From contig OX597823.1 of the NCBI GenBank assembly GCA_951406725.2, forward strand, positions 81,034,001 to 81,098,000: a stretch of DNA of 64,000 nt, in the 5' to 3' direction. Below are positions 1-14,300 of the stretch, in pieces. This DNA is from Octopus vulgaris. Its lineage: Eukaryota. Under the pieces are notes generated by a model. It was given only the letters and a program-made list of their open reading frames with translations. It was not told the origin of the DNA and ran no database searches. Position 1 is the first letter of the stretch, and every line of letters begins with the position of its first letter. The position numbers and the translations under genes were made by a program.

Positions 1-460
1 TAGCCCATTCAAAGTACCTCGGATTGCAGGACGGCCTGCTGTGCTTACCTTGGATCATAGGGTGACCTACTGTACTTGAGGAGACCTATTGAGTCAAGTA
101 CATCAACATCAAAATAAAAATCAAATGGAAATTGTAGTTGTGATACCCTTGTTGGTGGCATGTAAAAAGCACCATCCGAATGTGGCCGATGCCAGTGCCA
201 GCTTGACTGGCTTCCATGCCGATGGCACGTAAAAAGCACCGACCGATCATTACCGTTGCCAGCCTCCTCTGGCCCCTGTGCCGGTGGCACATAAAAAGCA
301 CCCACTACACTCATGGAGTGGTTGGCATTAAGAAGGGCATCCAGCTGTAGAAACACTGTCAGATCAGACTGGAGCCTGGTGCAGCCTTCTGGCTTCCCAG
401 ACTCCGGTCGAACCGTTCAACCCATGGTAGCATGGAAAACGGACATTAAACGATGATTTT
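1..460 (+). mobile_element. Non-autonomous retroposon with (GAT)n tail (SINE/RTE-tail-like family)
   Basis: Internal AAAAAGCACC repeats; 3' end ...gcatggaaaacggacattaaacgatgat. Related copies near 15085, 16050, 19130, 23060, 29330, 31053 (+) and 3285, 20810, 29950, 31745, 63015 (-). Confidence 0.75.
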
Positions 461-863
461 GTTAATGATGATGGAACATTGGACAAGTGTCTTTTATTAT
501 AGCCTCAGGCTGACCAAAGTCTTGTGAGTAGATTTGGTAGATGGAAACTGAAAAAAGATTGTCATATATATATAGATGTTTGTGTTTGGTTCCCACCAAC
601 ACTTTACAACTGGTATTGGGGTGTTTATATCCCTGTAACTTAGCAGTTTGCCAGAAGAAATTGATAGAATACATACCAGGCTTTTAAAAAATAACAAATA
701 GTGGAGTTGATTCAGTCAACTAAAATTTCCTCATGGTGATGCCCCAGCATGGCCACAGTCTGATGACTGAAGCAAGTAAACAATAAAAAAGATTCATAAT
801 GTATACTTGTGTATATTTTTTCTATGCACGAGACCTAATCATATTTTCATGTTTTCTTTCTAG

Positions 864-896
864 AATCTACAACTGAAGCAGCAACAACAGCAACAG
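864..896 (+). CDS. Micro-exon C1, Thr-rich linker [10 protein letters not shown] (33 nt, phase 1-1)
   Basis: tttctag|AATCTAC...ACAG|gtatgt; same as eight other copies. Confidence 0.9.
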
Positions 897-3800
897 GTAT
901 GTAGCTTTTGAAATTTCCATTCTTGTGATATAAACATTGGTCAATGTCATAAAATATAAAGAATTTTATGAGGATATAAACTGTAATTGTTTATTCTGTT
1001 TGCTAAAAGTAACACATACTAATTTCTTTTTCTTGATTACAGAAGTATAGGTATTTTCTTTATACTTGCTAAATCTAGAAGAAGGGGCCATGCTCTTGGT
1101 TTTTTTTATAGGCCTGCCTAGACCGATTGGATTGGTGATATTTATGCTCCCCTCAAACCTTTGTAAGTCAACATCTGAAAAACATATGAGCCATGGAGGA
1201 AATCCAGAGGAATGGTATTATGGGTACAAAAAAGGATTGGGTATAGTGGTTAGTGTGAGGCCTGCAGGGAGGGAGTTGACAACAAAGGTGATAAGAGGAG
1301 GAAAGGTGAGTAGGGCAGCCATGCCCAAATGGAGGTGTAGCATGAGCTGAGCCAGCTCTGAGAAATAGAGGCCTTTGTAATGCTGGGAGAACAGGCAAAG
1401 ACGAAAGACTGTGCATGGAGAACAGAGGCTAGAGCATGTCTATGAGTGTTTTTTATGTCAATCAACTGAGTGGCCCTTTTTGGATGTGATTTCGGATGTC
1501 TGTGTACATAGCAGCTACCTCATCCCAAATGGGAGAGCAATACTGCATCATGGGCCTCACTTGAGCTTTATTGTGTATTACTAACTATTGGGGGGTGAAG
1601 TATCTTATGGTCTTAAAGAGAAAGGCAGGTTTTCAGTATACAATCCAAGTAGTGCCAAGACTGACCTTTATCAGGAAGATTATTCGTGATAGATGAACTC
1701 AATAATTAGAATGATTTGTGGGGCTTTAGCTGAGTGCTTCGCAAGATTAAAGAGTTTTCTGATTTGAGTAGCATTTTGTGTTTTATTACTGTTAGAAGAA
1801 AAGATAGTCAAATCTCAGTTGGAGACTCATCAATATTGTCTAACTTAAAACTCACATTTATGTTATTATAGGATGCTACACACGATTATAGTTTCATTAC
1901 AAAAGCATTATATATTAAACAAATTTATTTCACTATTGACATAAATGTGTTAGTTCAAATTTGCTTAGATTCTTGGTTTCTTTTATTCTTCAATTTTCTC
2001 TACCTTATACTCCTTTACACTCTAAATTTGTTTGGTTATTATTTAGCTGTGTGTATGTGTATGTGTGTGTGAGTGTGTGCAACATAAAAAATGTTGCATT
2101 GTATATTTTGGCTTTAAATGATTGAATAAATAATGTTGTTTTCTTCATCTCTTAATACAGAATCCTGGTGTGTGATGAATGATGGTTTAGCTGATGCTTC
2201 ATTAATAAGAAGTTGGAGCATTAAGACTTCAAGCAATCAAGAACATGTAAATTCTATCAGACCAGGTGGAAAAGGATGGAAACCTGATGTCAATGACAAA
2301 AAACGTTCTGTAACAATTTTTGTTGGAGATGCTTTAAGATATGGTGCAACAATAAGATTACCCCGTGCCAAATATGTGGAGAAGTTTGATGTGATACTCA
2401 GTGATGGACAGGTAAATTATATCCAGACTTCTAATAATTATGGTATCAAACATTTGTTATTTTTGTATTATTTAATATATATTGGTTTCAAATTTTGACA
2501 CTGAATCGTTGCATCCCACAGGATTTTGCAATTCTCGTTCATGGTGATTAGTTCAGGGGTTTGTTCATACCTTGTGTTTGCTCTTTGTAGGCCGTGATTT
2601 CCACAGAGCTTCCAATGGATCATTCTTGCCACATTGTCATGGTGTCTTTTGTATTCATGTTGTCCAATTTCAGGCATTCACTAACGATGTGCCATACCAT
2701 TTCACCCCTCTCACCACACATTCTGCATTTGTCACTGTCAGTAGTGTTGTCTATCCTGCACTTCACATAGTTGGTCCTTAATGCTTGTTCTTGAGCTGCA
2801 CATATGAGTGCTTGTTTCTATCTTCTTCATCCATACCTACCAGGCCTCTCTATCTGCTTTGGCATTGACATCTCTTGCAAACTGACTGTACAATTTTTTT
2901 CCTTACATACTTTTTCTAGTTTTGTGTTCATTTCTTGTATAAATCTTTCTTTCATTACACAATTTTCAGTTTTAATTATAATAATAATAATAGCAATGAA
3001 GATTCAAAGTCTAGGAATATATAACATCACTGCAGGGCCAGATAATCTTGTGGATTAGCTTTAGTTGTTCTGGGGGAAATGGTTGTTAGTTGATGGAACC
3101 TGTAGTCATGCTACACATGTCAAATCAGTCGAGCATAAATACTATTAAATTATGAATTTTAATCCAAAAACTGTCTGTGATGGAGATTAGAGAATTTTCA
3201 GGTAAATATAAAACCAAAGGAATGGGCAATATTGGCTATAGAAGAATAAACATCTTTCCATCCTCCTCTTCCCCCTCCTTGTCGTCGTTGTCATCATCGT
3301 CATCATTTAATGGCCATTTTCCATGCTGGTATGGGTTGGCTGGTTTGATTGAAGCTGGCAAGTCAGAAGTTTGCACCAAGCTCTACTGGCTGCCTTGATA
3401 TGGTTTCTTTGGCTGGATGCCCTTCCTAACACCAACCACTTTGCAAAGTGTACTGAGTGCTTTTTATGTGGAACCAGTACCAGGTTATAATAAAATATTT
3501 GTTTGAGATTAAGAGAATGATTAAATATTTATCTCCTTCATTTTAAAGTCTTTCCCTTGTTTTCTCATCAGTTGTCTCTTGTTTAAGATGACAAATTTTT
3601 ATTGTTTATAAAACATATGATGATTCTACAGAAAAGTTCAATTTAGGTGATTCATTGATAGATTGATGTATTTTGTAATATAAATTTTATATAATTTTAC
3701 TGACTTCATCATCATCATCATCTTTTAACATCTGTTGTCCACACTGACATGACTTATATATCTTTCTACAGAATACCAAACATATGCGTAACAACAAACC

Positions 3801-5249
3801 TGATGCTATTATCAAGATACCATTTGGCACTACAGTCAACAGTGTAACGTTAAGATTCCACTCTGTTAAACCAAAATGTCAGATAGTTGTAACAGTATCA
3901 ATGCTTGGATGTTTTGAATCACGTAAGTGTGGTTGTAAATTTCAATCATATTTTCCACACAGTTATCTTATAAGCTATTCAAGTTTATGTGATATTTTAC
4001 CTTTATTTTTTAAAAAAGATCATTCAATTATACATTGTAGAAAAATTATCTTGCAACAGCTTGTTTGCTCTTTACGTCTGTTTTTCCATGCTAGCATGAG
4101 TTAAATGAATATATGTTAAAGGTGTTGTTTTCAGCTGGTTACTAACCCTTAATGGTTACTATTCTATATAGTCTTTTCTTATACATGGAATCTAATTGTT
4201 CCTTAATGTTTTCTCTGTAGAATTTACAACTGAAGCAGAAACAACAGCTACAGGTATGCCATTTAGAATTTTCACAATTGCATTATAACCAGACATTCAT
4301 GTTCGCTGTTGATAAATAATAACTTAATATAAACACTATTTATGTCATACATTTATGTCATACATGTTTATGTAATATATTCCAGTTGCCTATAATTTTC
4401 TCTACAGGATTAAGATATGTTGTGAATATTCTGTAAAACTGGCATTTAGTTGGTAAGTCTGGGTCCCTTCCTCATCACCATCATCGCCAAGGTTGACTTT
4501 GCCTTTTACCCTTTCAGGGTCGATTAAATAAGTACCAGTTATGCACTGAGGTCAGTGTAATCGACTTAAACCCTTTGATTGTCTCCTCTATGTTTAGCCC
4601 CCTGTGGGCAAAAAAAAAAATTAAATATATACACCAGAGAACCTGGGAAACCAGTCCTATGCTCCTTAGTGACTAATGTGGGCTAACCAACTCATGTTGA
4701 TGGCTGTTGACTCACAACCAGCTCATCCATACTTTCGCCGGCTTTGGTTCTAGTCTTGCAAAGAATCCACAATACCTTCCTCACCTGACAAGCCAACCAA
4801 CCATGAAACCAGTAGTACAGAGTTACATGGTACCATGAGCAGGATTTTCTTGACCTGACTTTTTAAAGATAACAATAGCTGCAATATTAAAAACTTATAT
4901 TCAGCAAATTCCATTCATAACAAATACACAGGACATCAATTGTAGCTTTCTTACATCCTTTCTTTCCTTTTATGTATTTTGTTCTCTCTTCCTCTCAACT
5001 TTTTTTACTCTGTCCTTTGTTTTTTTTTTCATTAGTTTTATTGTTGTTGCTTTTGTTGTGGCTACTTTGTCCCAAATAAGTTCTGACCATGCAAATATAA
5101 TATGATCAAAAGAGTTACAGTCATGGTCATATCTTTTTGTACGTTCACAATTATTTTGACCATTATACAATTCTTGCTTTAAAATGATAGAGTTTGATTT
5201 CAGAGAAATTTGATTTCTGTTTCTAACAGGCCAAGTGACAATAAAAAGG

Positions 5250-5323
<74 letters not shown>

Positions 5324-6613
5324 TTGGCTTATATTATTCAGATACTCCTTTGCATTTATGTAGAGGTGTTACTATGCATGTGTAAGTATTGATTAACATG
5401 TGTCTAAAAGGGTAGGCAAAAGGAAAACTTTTGTTCTCTGTATTTCAGACATAAACGATTAAAAAAAAAAAGTTTGAGTGCGACCATGTATGTACATGTA
5501 CACACACACATCTTAATCTGAGCATGAATTTGCACAGTGCAAATTAAAAGAATTTATTGGCAGTATTTGGTGTTCACCTGTTGAACAGATAATGCTGTTT
5601 TCTTCATCTCTTAATACAGAATCATGGTGTGCAATGAATGATGGTTTAGCTGATGCCTCATTAATAAGAAGTTGGGACATTAAGACTTCAAGCAATCAAG
5701 AACATGTAAATTCCATTAGACCTGGTGGAAAAGGATGGAAACCTGATGTCAGTGACAAAAAACGTACTGTAACAATTTTTGTTGGAGATGCTTTAAGATA
5801 TGGTGCTACAATAAGATTACCCCATGCGAAATATGTGGAGAAGTTTGATGTGATACTCTCTGATGGAAAGGTAAATTACGTCCAGATTTTAAGGATATTA
5901 TTTTAAACCAATCAAATATTAAATCTAATATAAGAAATAATCTTATGTTGTTGTTATTTGTATTTGCCCCATGTCCACACTTCCCTGCTATCTTATAATG
6001 AAAACTATTCAAGACATGAACAAGTCACCTTTTGGTGAACATAGTGTAACTGAGACTACATAAATCAATGGATTCTTTCTACTTTTAAGATGGTAGTGTG
6101 AAACTAGAGGGAGATTTGACTGCTATTTCTAGCAAGGCAAGCATGCACATCAACTTCTAAATGTAAAGATATTGAAAAATAATTACGTCTTCCTTTAGAA
6201 ATAATTTTCATCCAGATCTTTTCTCATTACTCTTGTAAGTTATCTTCATCAAACAGTAATTCTTTTATGTTTTATCTTTCTGAAACACAAAACTTTCTGA
6301 AATGTCTTATGGAATTCTTTTGATACCAACTCGCATCAAACTGTCTTTTGTTCTATGATACAAGCATTTTGTTTTATAATAAATCTAAATTAAAACCTAC
6401 CAAAATTTCATACTCTTTTACTTGTTTCAGTCATTTGACTGTGGCCATGCTGGAGCACCGCCTTTAGTCGAGCAAATCGACCCCAGGACTTAATCTTTGG
6501 AAGTCTAGTACTTATTCTATCAGTCTCTCTTGCCGAACTGCTAAGTTACGGGGACGTAAACACACCAGCATCGGTTGTCAAGCGATGTTGGGAGGACAAA
6601 AACAAACATATAA

Positions 6614-6674
<61 letters not shown>

Positions 6675-7595
6675 TATGACAGGCTTCTTTCAGTTTCCGC
6701 CTACCAAATCCACTCACAAGGCTTTGGTCGGCCTGAGGCTATAGTAGAAGACACTTGCCCAAGGTGCCATGAAGTTGGAATGAACCCAGAACCATGTGGT
6801 TGGTAAGCGAGCTACTTACCACACTGCTACTTACCACAGCCACTACTGCGCCTTCATGTTAATTTATGTTCCAGATATGAGCTGAATAAGGACAACATTA
6901 TCTTGCTAAAGTCTTCATTATTTTCAAAAGTAATTGAGACAAAGAAATATCATAACAAAACGGTTAAATATTTCATTAGTATATTGGTGTGTTGTAAACT
7001 ACCTTTTTAACATAAATAATACTAACTATCCTATATCTCTTTCTACAGAATACTAAACACATGCGTAACAACAAACCTGATGCTATCATCAAAATACCTT
7101 TTGGTACAACTGTCAACAGTATAAAATTGAGATTTTATTCTGTTAAACCAGATTGCCAAATAGCTGTAACAGTATCAATTCTTGGATGCTTTGAATCACG
7201 TGAGTGTGATTCTATGATTCTATATCATACTTTTATTAAGCATGTTATTATGTGCAGTCAGTTATTTATAAGCTCCTTTTATATATTACATGTAATTCAA
7301 CTCTCTTTAACAAAAATGTTTTCCAATGTCTTCTCTCCAGAATCTACAACTGAAGCAGTAACAACAGCCACAGGTATGTAGATAAGAATTTCTACAATTG
7401 TTCTATATTTGAAGACCCATGTTATATAAAGGCCAGCAAATTACATCCCTACTATTGTGTATGTGATATGTTATGAATAATACAAACCAAATGTCTATAA
7501 TTGAATCCAGAATTAAAAAGTTGTTGGAAATATTCACTTGGATATAAAATCGTGATTGTCTTACTTTTCATCTATATATATAAAGCTGAAGTTGT

Positions 7596-7633
<38 letters not shown>

Positions 7634-8456
7634 CAGTTTTGGTAGCCTTCAACTAACACTATCTCCTCTGAGACCCTGCGGTGCAAGTTGACCAAAATTG
7701 AGAGTAGGATAGAAGAAGGCTTGCTCTTCATTCCGTAGAAGTAAAAATGCAAATCAGACCATGTTAAGACCAGAAATTATTTACATCAAAAAGGTGCTTT
7801 TTTTCTATGAAAATCCCTTTTTTAAAATTTTTTTGACTGCTGTGTCACCATTTTTCAGTGTATTTCAACCTGAAAAATGTTCACTTAAAGAGAATAACAA
7901 GCTACATAATGCAAAATTTTTACTTTCAAAAATTCCTATTCTAAAGGGTCGAAACAAACCCGAGCAATGCCGGGTTATACTGCTAGTTTATGTAAAAATA
8001 TGAATTTACAGATAGAGTTTTAGTGTCTTAGAAAATTGTGGATAAAAAAAAATTATGTCAATGAAATAAATCAACTGCCTTCTTACTATAAGCATATTAG
8101 GTTTTTTGTGGCAAATCAAAACAGTTAAATTTGAAAATATAGAAGTGTGAAAACAACAACATAGAGTATAAGTATAACAAAATAAAGGCATACATGGAAT
8201 GGCAATGTTTCTGACCCATGAGAATACCTAAAATAATCTGTTCCTGACACATGCTAAAGAAAATAGGAATTATAACAACTCATAGCAACATGTTTATGTT
8301 TAAAAAGATCTGTTGGAGTTCATATTTTAAAAAAATATAACAGTCTTCATATTCACAATATCTATGAGAAAATTAAAATGAAATAGATAACTTTATAAAA
8401 TGATTTTTATCTAGACATAATTTATGTGTATATGACAATGTGTGTGTGAGTATGTT

Positions 8457-8487
<31 letters not shown>

Positions 8488-11302
8488 AGTAGTTATGAGA
8501 ATCTGGAAATCATGCTGCACAAATTCATCTAACAAAATATTTGACTGTTATATTGCACGTTCGGATGACTTCTACTCAACTCCCAATGCCTAGACTTCTC
8601 CCTCTAGATCGACGTATTGGGCTTGCTTACTTCATCGTCTGTGGGTGTCCACACAACACTCTTGTAGTCCACACTCTTGTATGGCACTTTATAGATAATT
8701 ATAAACCTGACGTGTTTCAGGGAACAAATGATCGTACCCAAAGGATATTATTTAATTAACAGAAAAAGAGCTCTGTGTAAATGAGATCCAATGCAGTTTG
8801 AATGCTCATCTTGAGCCATGAAATCAAAACATTTCTATGAAGATTTGTCCAAAATTTGTCATTAAACTACACGCAGAAAGTGGCCATTATTGGCTGGAAC
8901 GAAAAAAAAAACAGATTCATATTACGAAATTGTGTAACTAATGTAAGAAAATAGTGTTGCTTTTAGTTCAGAAATCTAACTTTAAGACAAATTCCTTCTC
9001 CTGTTTTACTCTGGAATTTCTTTTAATCCTGTTGCACTTTTTCACTTTATCTTTGTTTTTTTTTCTTTTGGCTTTTTTATTTTGTAATGTGATATTTCAC
9101 ATATAAGTGCTGAAATATACATGTACCACTTTTTATTTTTTTATCTTCTGCTTATTTCAGTCATTAGGTTGTGGCCATGTGGAGGCAATGCCTTGGAGAT
9201 TTTTAGTCAAATGAATCAACCCCAGTACTTCTTTTTATTCAAGTACTGCTACTTATTCTATCAGTCTCTTTTGCCGAAGCCACTAAACTATGGGGGACAT
9301 AAACACACCACCATCAGTTGTCAAGTGACAAATACAAAGGCACATGCATGTGCACACACTCACACACTCACACACACCATGGGCTTCTTTTCAGTTTCCG
9401 TCTACCAAATCCACTCACAAGGCTTTGGTCAGCCTGAGACTATAGTAGTAGACACTTGCCCAAAGTGCCACGCAATGGGACTGAACCTGAGACCATGTGC
9501 CTCTGTTTATTTTTCTAATTAAATATTTTTGTTTTGGTTTATTTATAAGTGTGTGTGTGTTGTGTGTGTGTGTGCTTAAGCGTTGATGTGTATGTGTGAG
9601 TCCATCAGGAGGTGGATAATTTTCTTCCATTATTTTGGCTTTAAATAATTGAATAAATGATATTGTTTTCTTCATCTCTTAATGTAGAATCCTGGTGTGT
9701 GATGAATGATGGTTTAGCTGATGCTTCATTGATAAGAAGTTGGGACATTAAGACTTCAAGCAATCAAGAACATGTAAATTCTATCAGACCAGGTGGAAAA
9801 GGCTGGAAACCTGATCTTAGTGACACTAAACGTTCTATAACAATTTTTGTTAGAGATGCTTTAAGATATGGTGCAACAATAAGACTGCCTCATGCCAAAT
9901 ATGTTGAGAAGTTTGATGTGATACTCTCTGATGGACGGGTAAATTGTACACTAATTTATAATAATATTCATTATTAACCATTTGCAATTTTAATTTTGTT
10001 CTTTTGTGAAGAAAAAATGTGTTATATAAATAAATGTAATAACAGATTGTATTACCTTATTTTGCACATTTCCTTTTCACACAAGATATACTTATTTATA
10101 TATCTGTGTATATATATATCAAAATATTGTTAGAGATAGAAACACTCACAACTTCATCAACTCCAAATGATATTAACTCAACCAAGTCATAAAATGTTAA
10201 ATAATATACTTACTATTTATATTCATAATCCCAAAATTTTCATATTACGGACTACACGTATTTCATGAGGGTACGTATGGTATCATTCAAAAACTCATTA
10301 TGTTTACTCACTCCCAATCGTCAGGTCTACTTTCCCCACATTTATAAATAAAACTACTCCTTACATATCACTAAATAAACATAATGGGGAAAGTAGACCT
10401 GATGATATATATTTGTTTTGCATATTTGTAGAACCTTCCATCATTATCTGGAAATGTCTCATAGTTTTATATCAATATATTGCCATATCTTAAAATGAAT
10501 ATTTTAAAACTTGTGGGATTAACAAAGCAATTTCATTTCCTACAGAATACCAACCATCTACGAAATAACAAACCTGATGCTATTATCAAGATACCATTTG
10601 GCACCACCGTCAACAGTGTAACATTAAGATTTCACTCTGTTAAACCAAACTGCCAATTAGTTGTAACCGTATCAATTCTTGGATGTTTTGAATCACGTAA
10701 GTGAAATAGTTTTCAATACAATATTGTTATATAAAATCACATTGGTTATAGATGGGATTACATATTATGTAATATGTAATCCTGTGCTTTAAAATAGTTA
10801 ATGGTAAAATTAGATTTATTTCACAGAAGTAAAATGAATGAACCAATAAAATCAATGCTTGCAGAAAGGAAGGATTCTTTGTTCGCTCAATTATCAATAA
10901 AGTTAGTCATTTTATATTTCTTTGGGGACATAAAACCAATAAGAGTACAATGGTCCTAGAGTTCATTACTCTTCCCTTAACAACTCTACAGACTGTCTTG
11001 GAACCACAAGGAGATGGCTTAAAGAGAGAAAAGTGTTGGTATATTTTTTAAATTGTTAAATTTAAACATGTAACAACATACTATACACAGTTGTTTATAG
11101 GCACCAAATCAAATTGCTTTTCAATATTTTCTCTTCAGAATCTACAACTGAAGCAGCAACAACAGCTACAGGTATGTATTTGAAATTTTCCATTATTGCA
11201 AAATAATAAATATACTTGATTCTCATACAGAGGATACAACTGGATTATTTCTCCAAGTTCTATTATTTAGATATATCTATGTTCATGTGTATGTTTGTGA
11301 GA

Positions 11303-11348
<46 letters not shown>

Positions 11349-14300
11349 ACATGTATGCATGTGTAAAATGTAAAATAAAAAACATCACATAATCTGAGCT
11401 TAAATGATTGAATAAATAATGTTGTTTTCTTCTTCCCTAAATACAGAATCCTGGTGTGTGATGAATGATGGTTTAGCTGATGCTTCATTAATAAGAAGTT
11501 GGGACATTAAGACTTCAAGCAATCAAGAACATGTAAATTCTATCAGACCTGGTGGAAAAGGCTGGAAACCTGATGTCAGTGACAAAAAACGTACTGTAAC
11601 AATTTTTGTTGGAGATGCTTTAAGATATGGTGCAACAATAAGATTACCCCATGCCAAATATGTTGAGAAGTTTGATGTGATACTCTCTGATGGACAGGTA
11701 AATTATATCCAAGTTATAAAGAGATAATTAAAAATGTGTTCTTAATCACACAGTATCACAATATTGACCAGACCATCAGATGCTGTTATCTAGCACTTGA
11801 CCCACTGTACTTTCAATTCTGGCTTGATTGCACCATTCTTTTCAATCTTGATCCAAATTGCTTAACTAAATCGTCTTCCCATTGTTATGGAAGCCATCCA
11901 AGTGACTCATTCTGATCTCTTAGATACCACTAAATTATAATTGGCCAGAAATTTTGAAGGGAGAAATCGGTTGATTCCATCAGCCCCAGTATTTAACTGG
12001 AGCTTTATTTTTAAGATCCTCAAAAGGATAAAATACGAAACTGACCATAGTGGGATTAGATCTCAGAATGTAAAGAGGGCATATGATTTAGTGCAGTGTT
12101 TTTCAAACTATGAGTCCTGACCCTTCAGTGGGTCGTGAGATAAATAAAACTAGTCGCAACAAAAATGTTTGGAAAATGCTGATTTAGTGGTTTAGGTATT
12201 CAGCTCACAAACAAGGCTGTGAGTTCGATTCCTAGTGACACATTGTGTCTTTGAGCAAGACACTTTATTTCAATTGACTGACCTTGTCGTATTCTCTTTT
12301 TCACTGATTCCTCTTGAGAAATATATCAAGGATACACGTATCAGTGGAGTGCTCAGTCACTTGCCTGTTAATTTCACAAATAAGCTGTTTCATTGATTGG
12401 ATCAACTAGAATCCTTGTTGTCATTAACAGGTGGAGTGCCAGTATTGGTCTGTTGTTCTAATGATTATGTCAATCCAATGCTCTTATAAATTTATTTCTA
12501 ATAAGAAATATGTAGTATCTTTGCTGTATTTTATCCCTATTTTGGTCTTGATCCAGTGGACCTGCAATTAAATACACACAAACAATAACCATCTCATCTT
12601 GCTTCAAGAATAATGTAACTTTGAATATTTTAGCCAATACGTCCGTCCATTTTTAAAATGTAAGGAGGAGATTTGAGGGTATTTGGCAACTAATTCCAGA
12701 TGATTGAGTGAGCATCTTTACTTTTTAATGATTTCATTAAATAATTAGGATTTTTATTACAAATAACTTCTAATGAGAATTTTATTTCTAGTTATTTACT
12801 AAACAATTATCTTTTATAAAAAAAAAACTTACAATTCTTTTATTTTTCTCTTTCTACCACATCTTGAAATTTCCCTGATATCATTTTATCAGATTGAGTA
12901 AAAAGTAAGCAACTTTTTGAACCATGAAGAATTTGTATGGGATTTTTGCAGAGTTTTGAATTTTTTAAAACATTTTTTTGTAATTTTCTGATAATACTGA
13001 CATAGACTTGTCCAAATGCATCAATAGAGTGACATTGACATTTTTTTCACTGTTGTTACAATCATCTGAAATGGAACCATGAAAGCGCAATATTCGAGCT
13101 ATTTTGCTATCCAATTTCAAAAATGTACATAGAGCAGCTGAAACTGCTTGCGATATCAATGAAACGTTTGGTGAGGAAATGACTGTTAGTGGTCAACTTG
13201 AAAATGGTTTAAATGATTTAGTTGTAGAGACCTGAGATTTGAAGATCATGATGGCCATCTGTCATCAATGATAGTCAATTAAAGACCATCATTGAAAAAG
13301 ATCTATATAAAACCACTTGAGAACTGGGAAAAGAACTTCAGGTTTGCCAGAAAACTGCCTGCAACCATTTGCATATGATCAGAAAATCAAAAAAGCTCAA
13401 CAAATGGGTACCACACGATTTGAATGAAAATCAGAAGATGCACAGCTATGAAATTTGTTCCTTGCTTCTCCATAACCAGACCAATCCATTTATCAATGGT
13501 ATTGTAACTTGCAATGAAAACTGGATTCTGTACAATAATAAAAAAAACGTTCTTTGCAGTTGTTTGACCAAAATGAAGCACCAAAAACCATCTCCAAACC
13601 CGAGCTCTTCAAAAAGGTTATGGTGACTGTTTGGTGGTGTACTCATCCACTATAACTTCTTAAAACCCAGAAAAACCATTACTGCAGAAACATATTGCCA
13701 AAATGAATGAAAAACTGCTACTCTTCCATCCCAGACTGGTCAACAGAAGAGGGCCAATCATTCTTCATGACAGTGCTCGACTTCATGTTTCACTAATGAC
13801 ACTTCAGAAGTTGAGGGAACTTGGCTACGAAGTTCTTCCCCACCCAGCTTATTCCCCAGACCTTTCTCCTACTGACTACCACTTTTTCAATCACCATGAT
13901 GGTTTCCTGTGAGAGAAGGAGTTCCAAAATCAAACGAATGCTGAAAGTGCATTCAAAGAGTTCATCAGCTCCTGAACTCCAGATTCTTATGTTACCAGAA
14001 TAAACAAACTTGTAACCCATTGGCAAAAATGTGTTGACTGTAATGGTACTTACTTTGACAAATAAAATTTCTGTATTGTAGAAATATATTGTAGTGAATG
14101 TCATGTTTCAAAACGTTGCTTACCTTTTACTCACCCTGATATAGAAATATATTAATATGTTTTAATATATATTCTAAAAACATGCAGTATTAACTAAACA
14201 ATATATCTTTTACAGAATACCAACTATATTCGAAACAATAATCCTGATGCTATCATCAAAATACCTTTTGGCACCACCGTCAACAGTGTAAAATTACGAT

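Noticed and set aside
2133-2160. ORF-track starts [12 protein letters not shown]... suggesting nine separate small genes
   Set aside because: The ATG lies in the conserved acceptor region; similarity ends sharply at GT donors, and the exons splice into one frame.
6585-6806. Recurrent peptide ...[23 protein letters not shown]... in many ORFs
   Set aside because: Antisense reading of SINE family 1; recurrence reflects SINE copy number.
13369-13912. SETMAR-like or domesticated transposase
   Set aside because: Multiple stops and frameshifts, the first catalytic Asp is mutated, and TIRs are present: a dead mariner.
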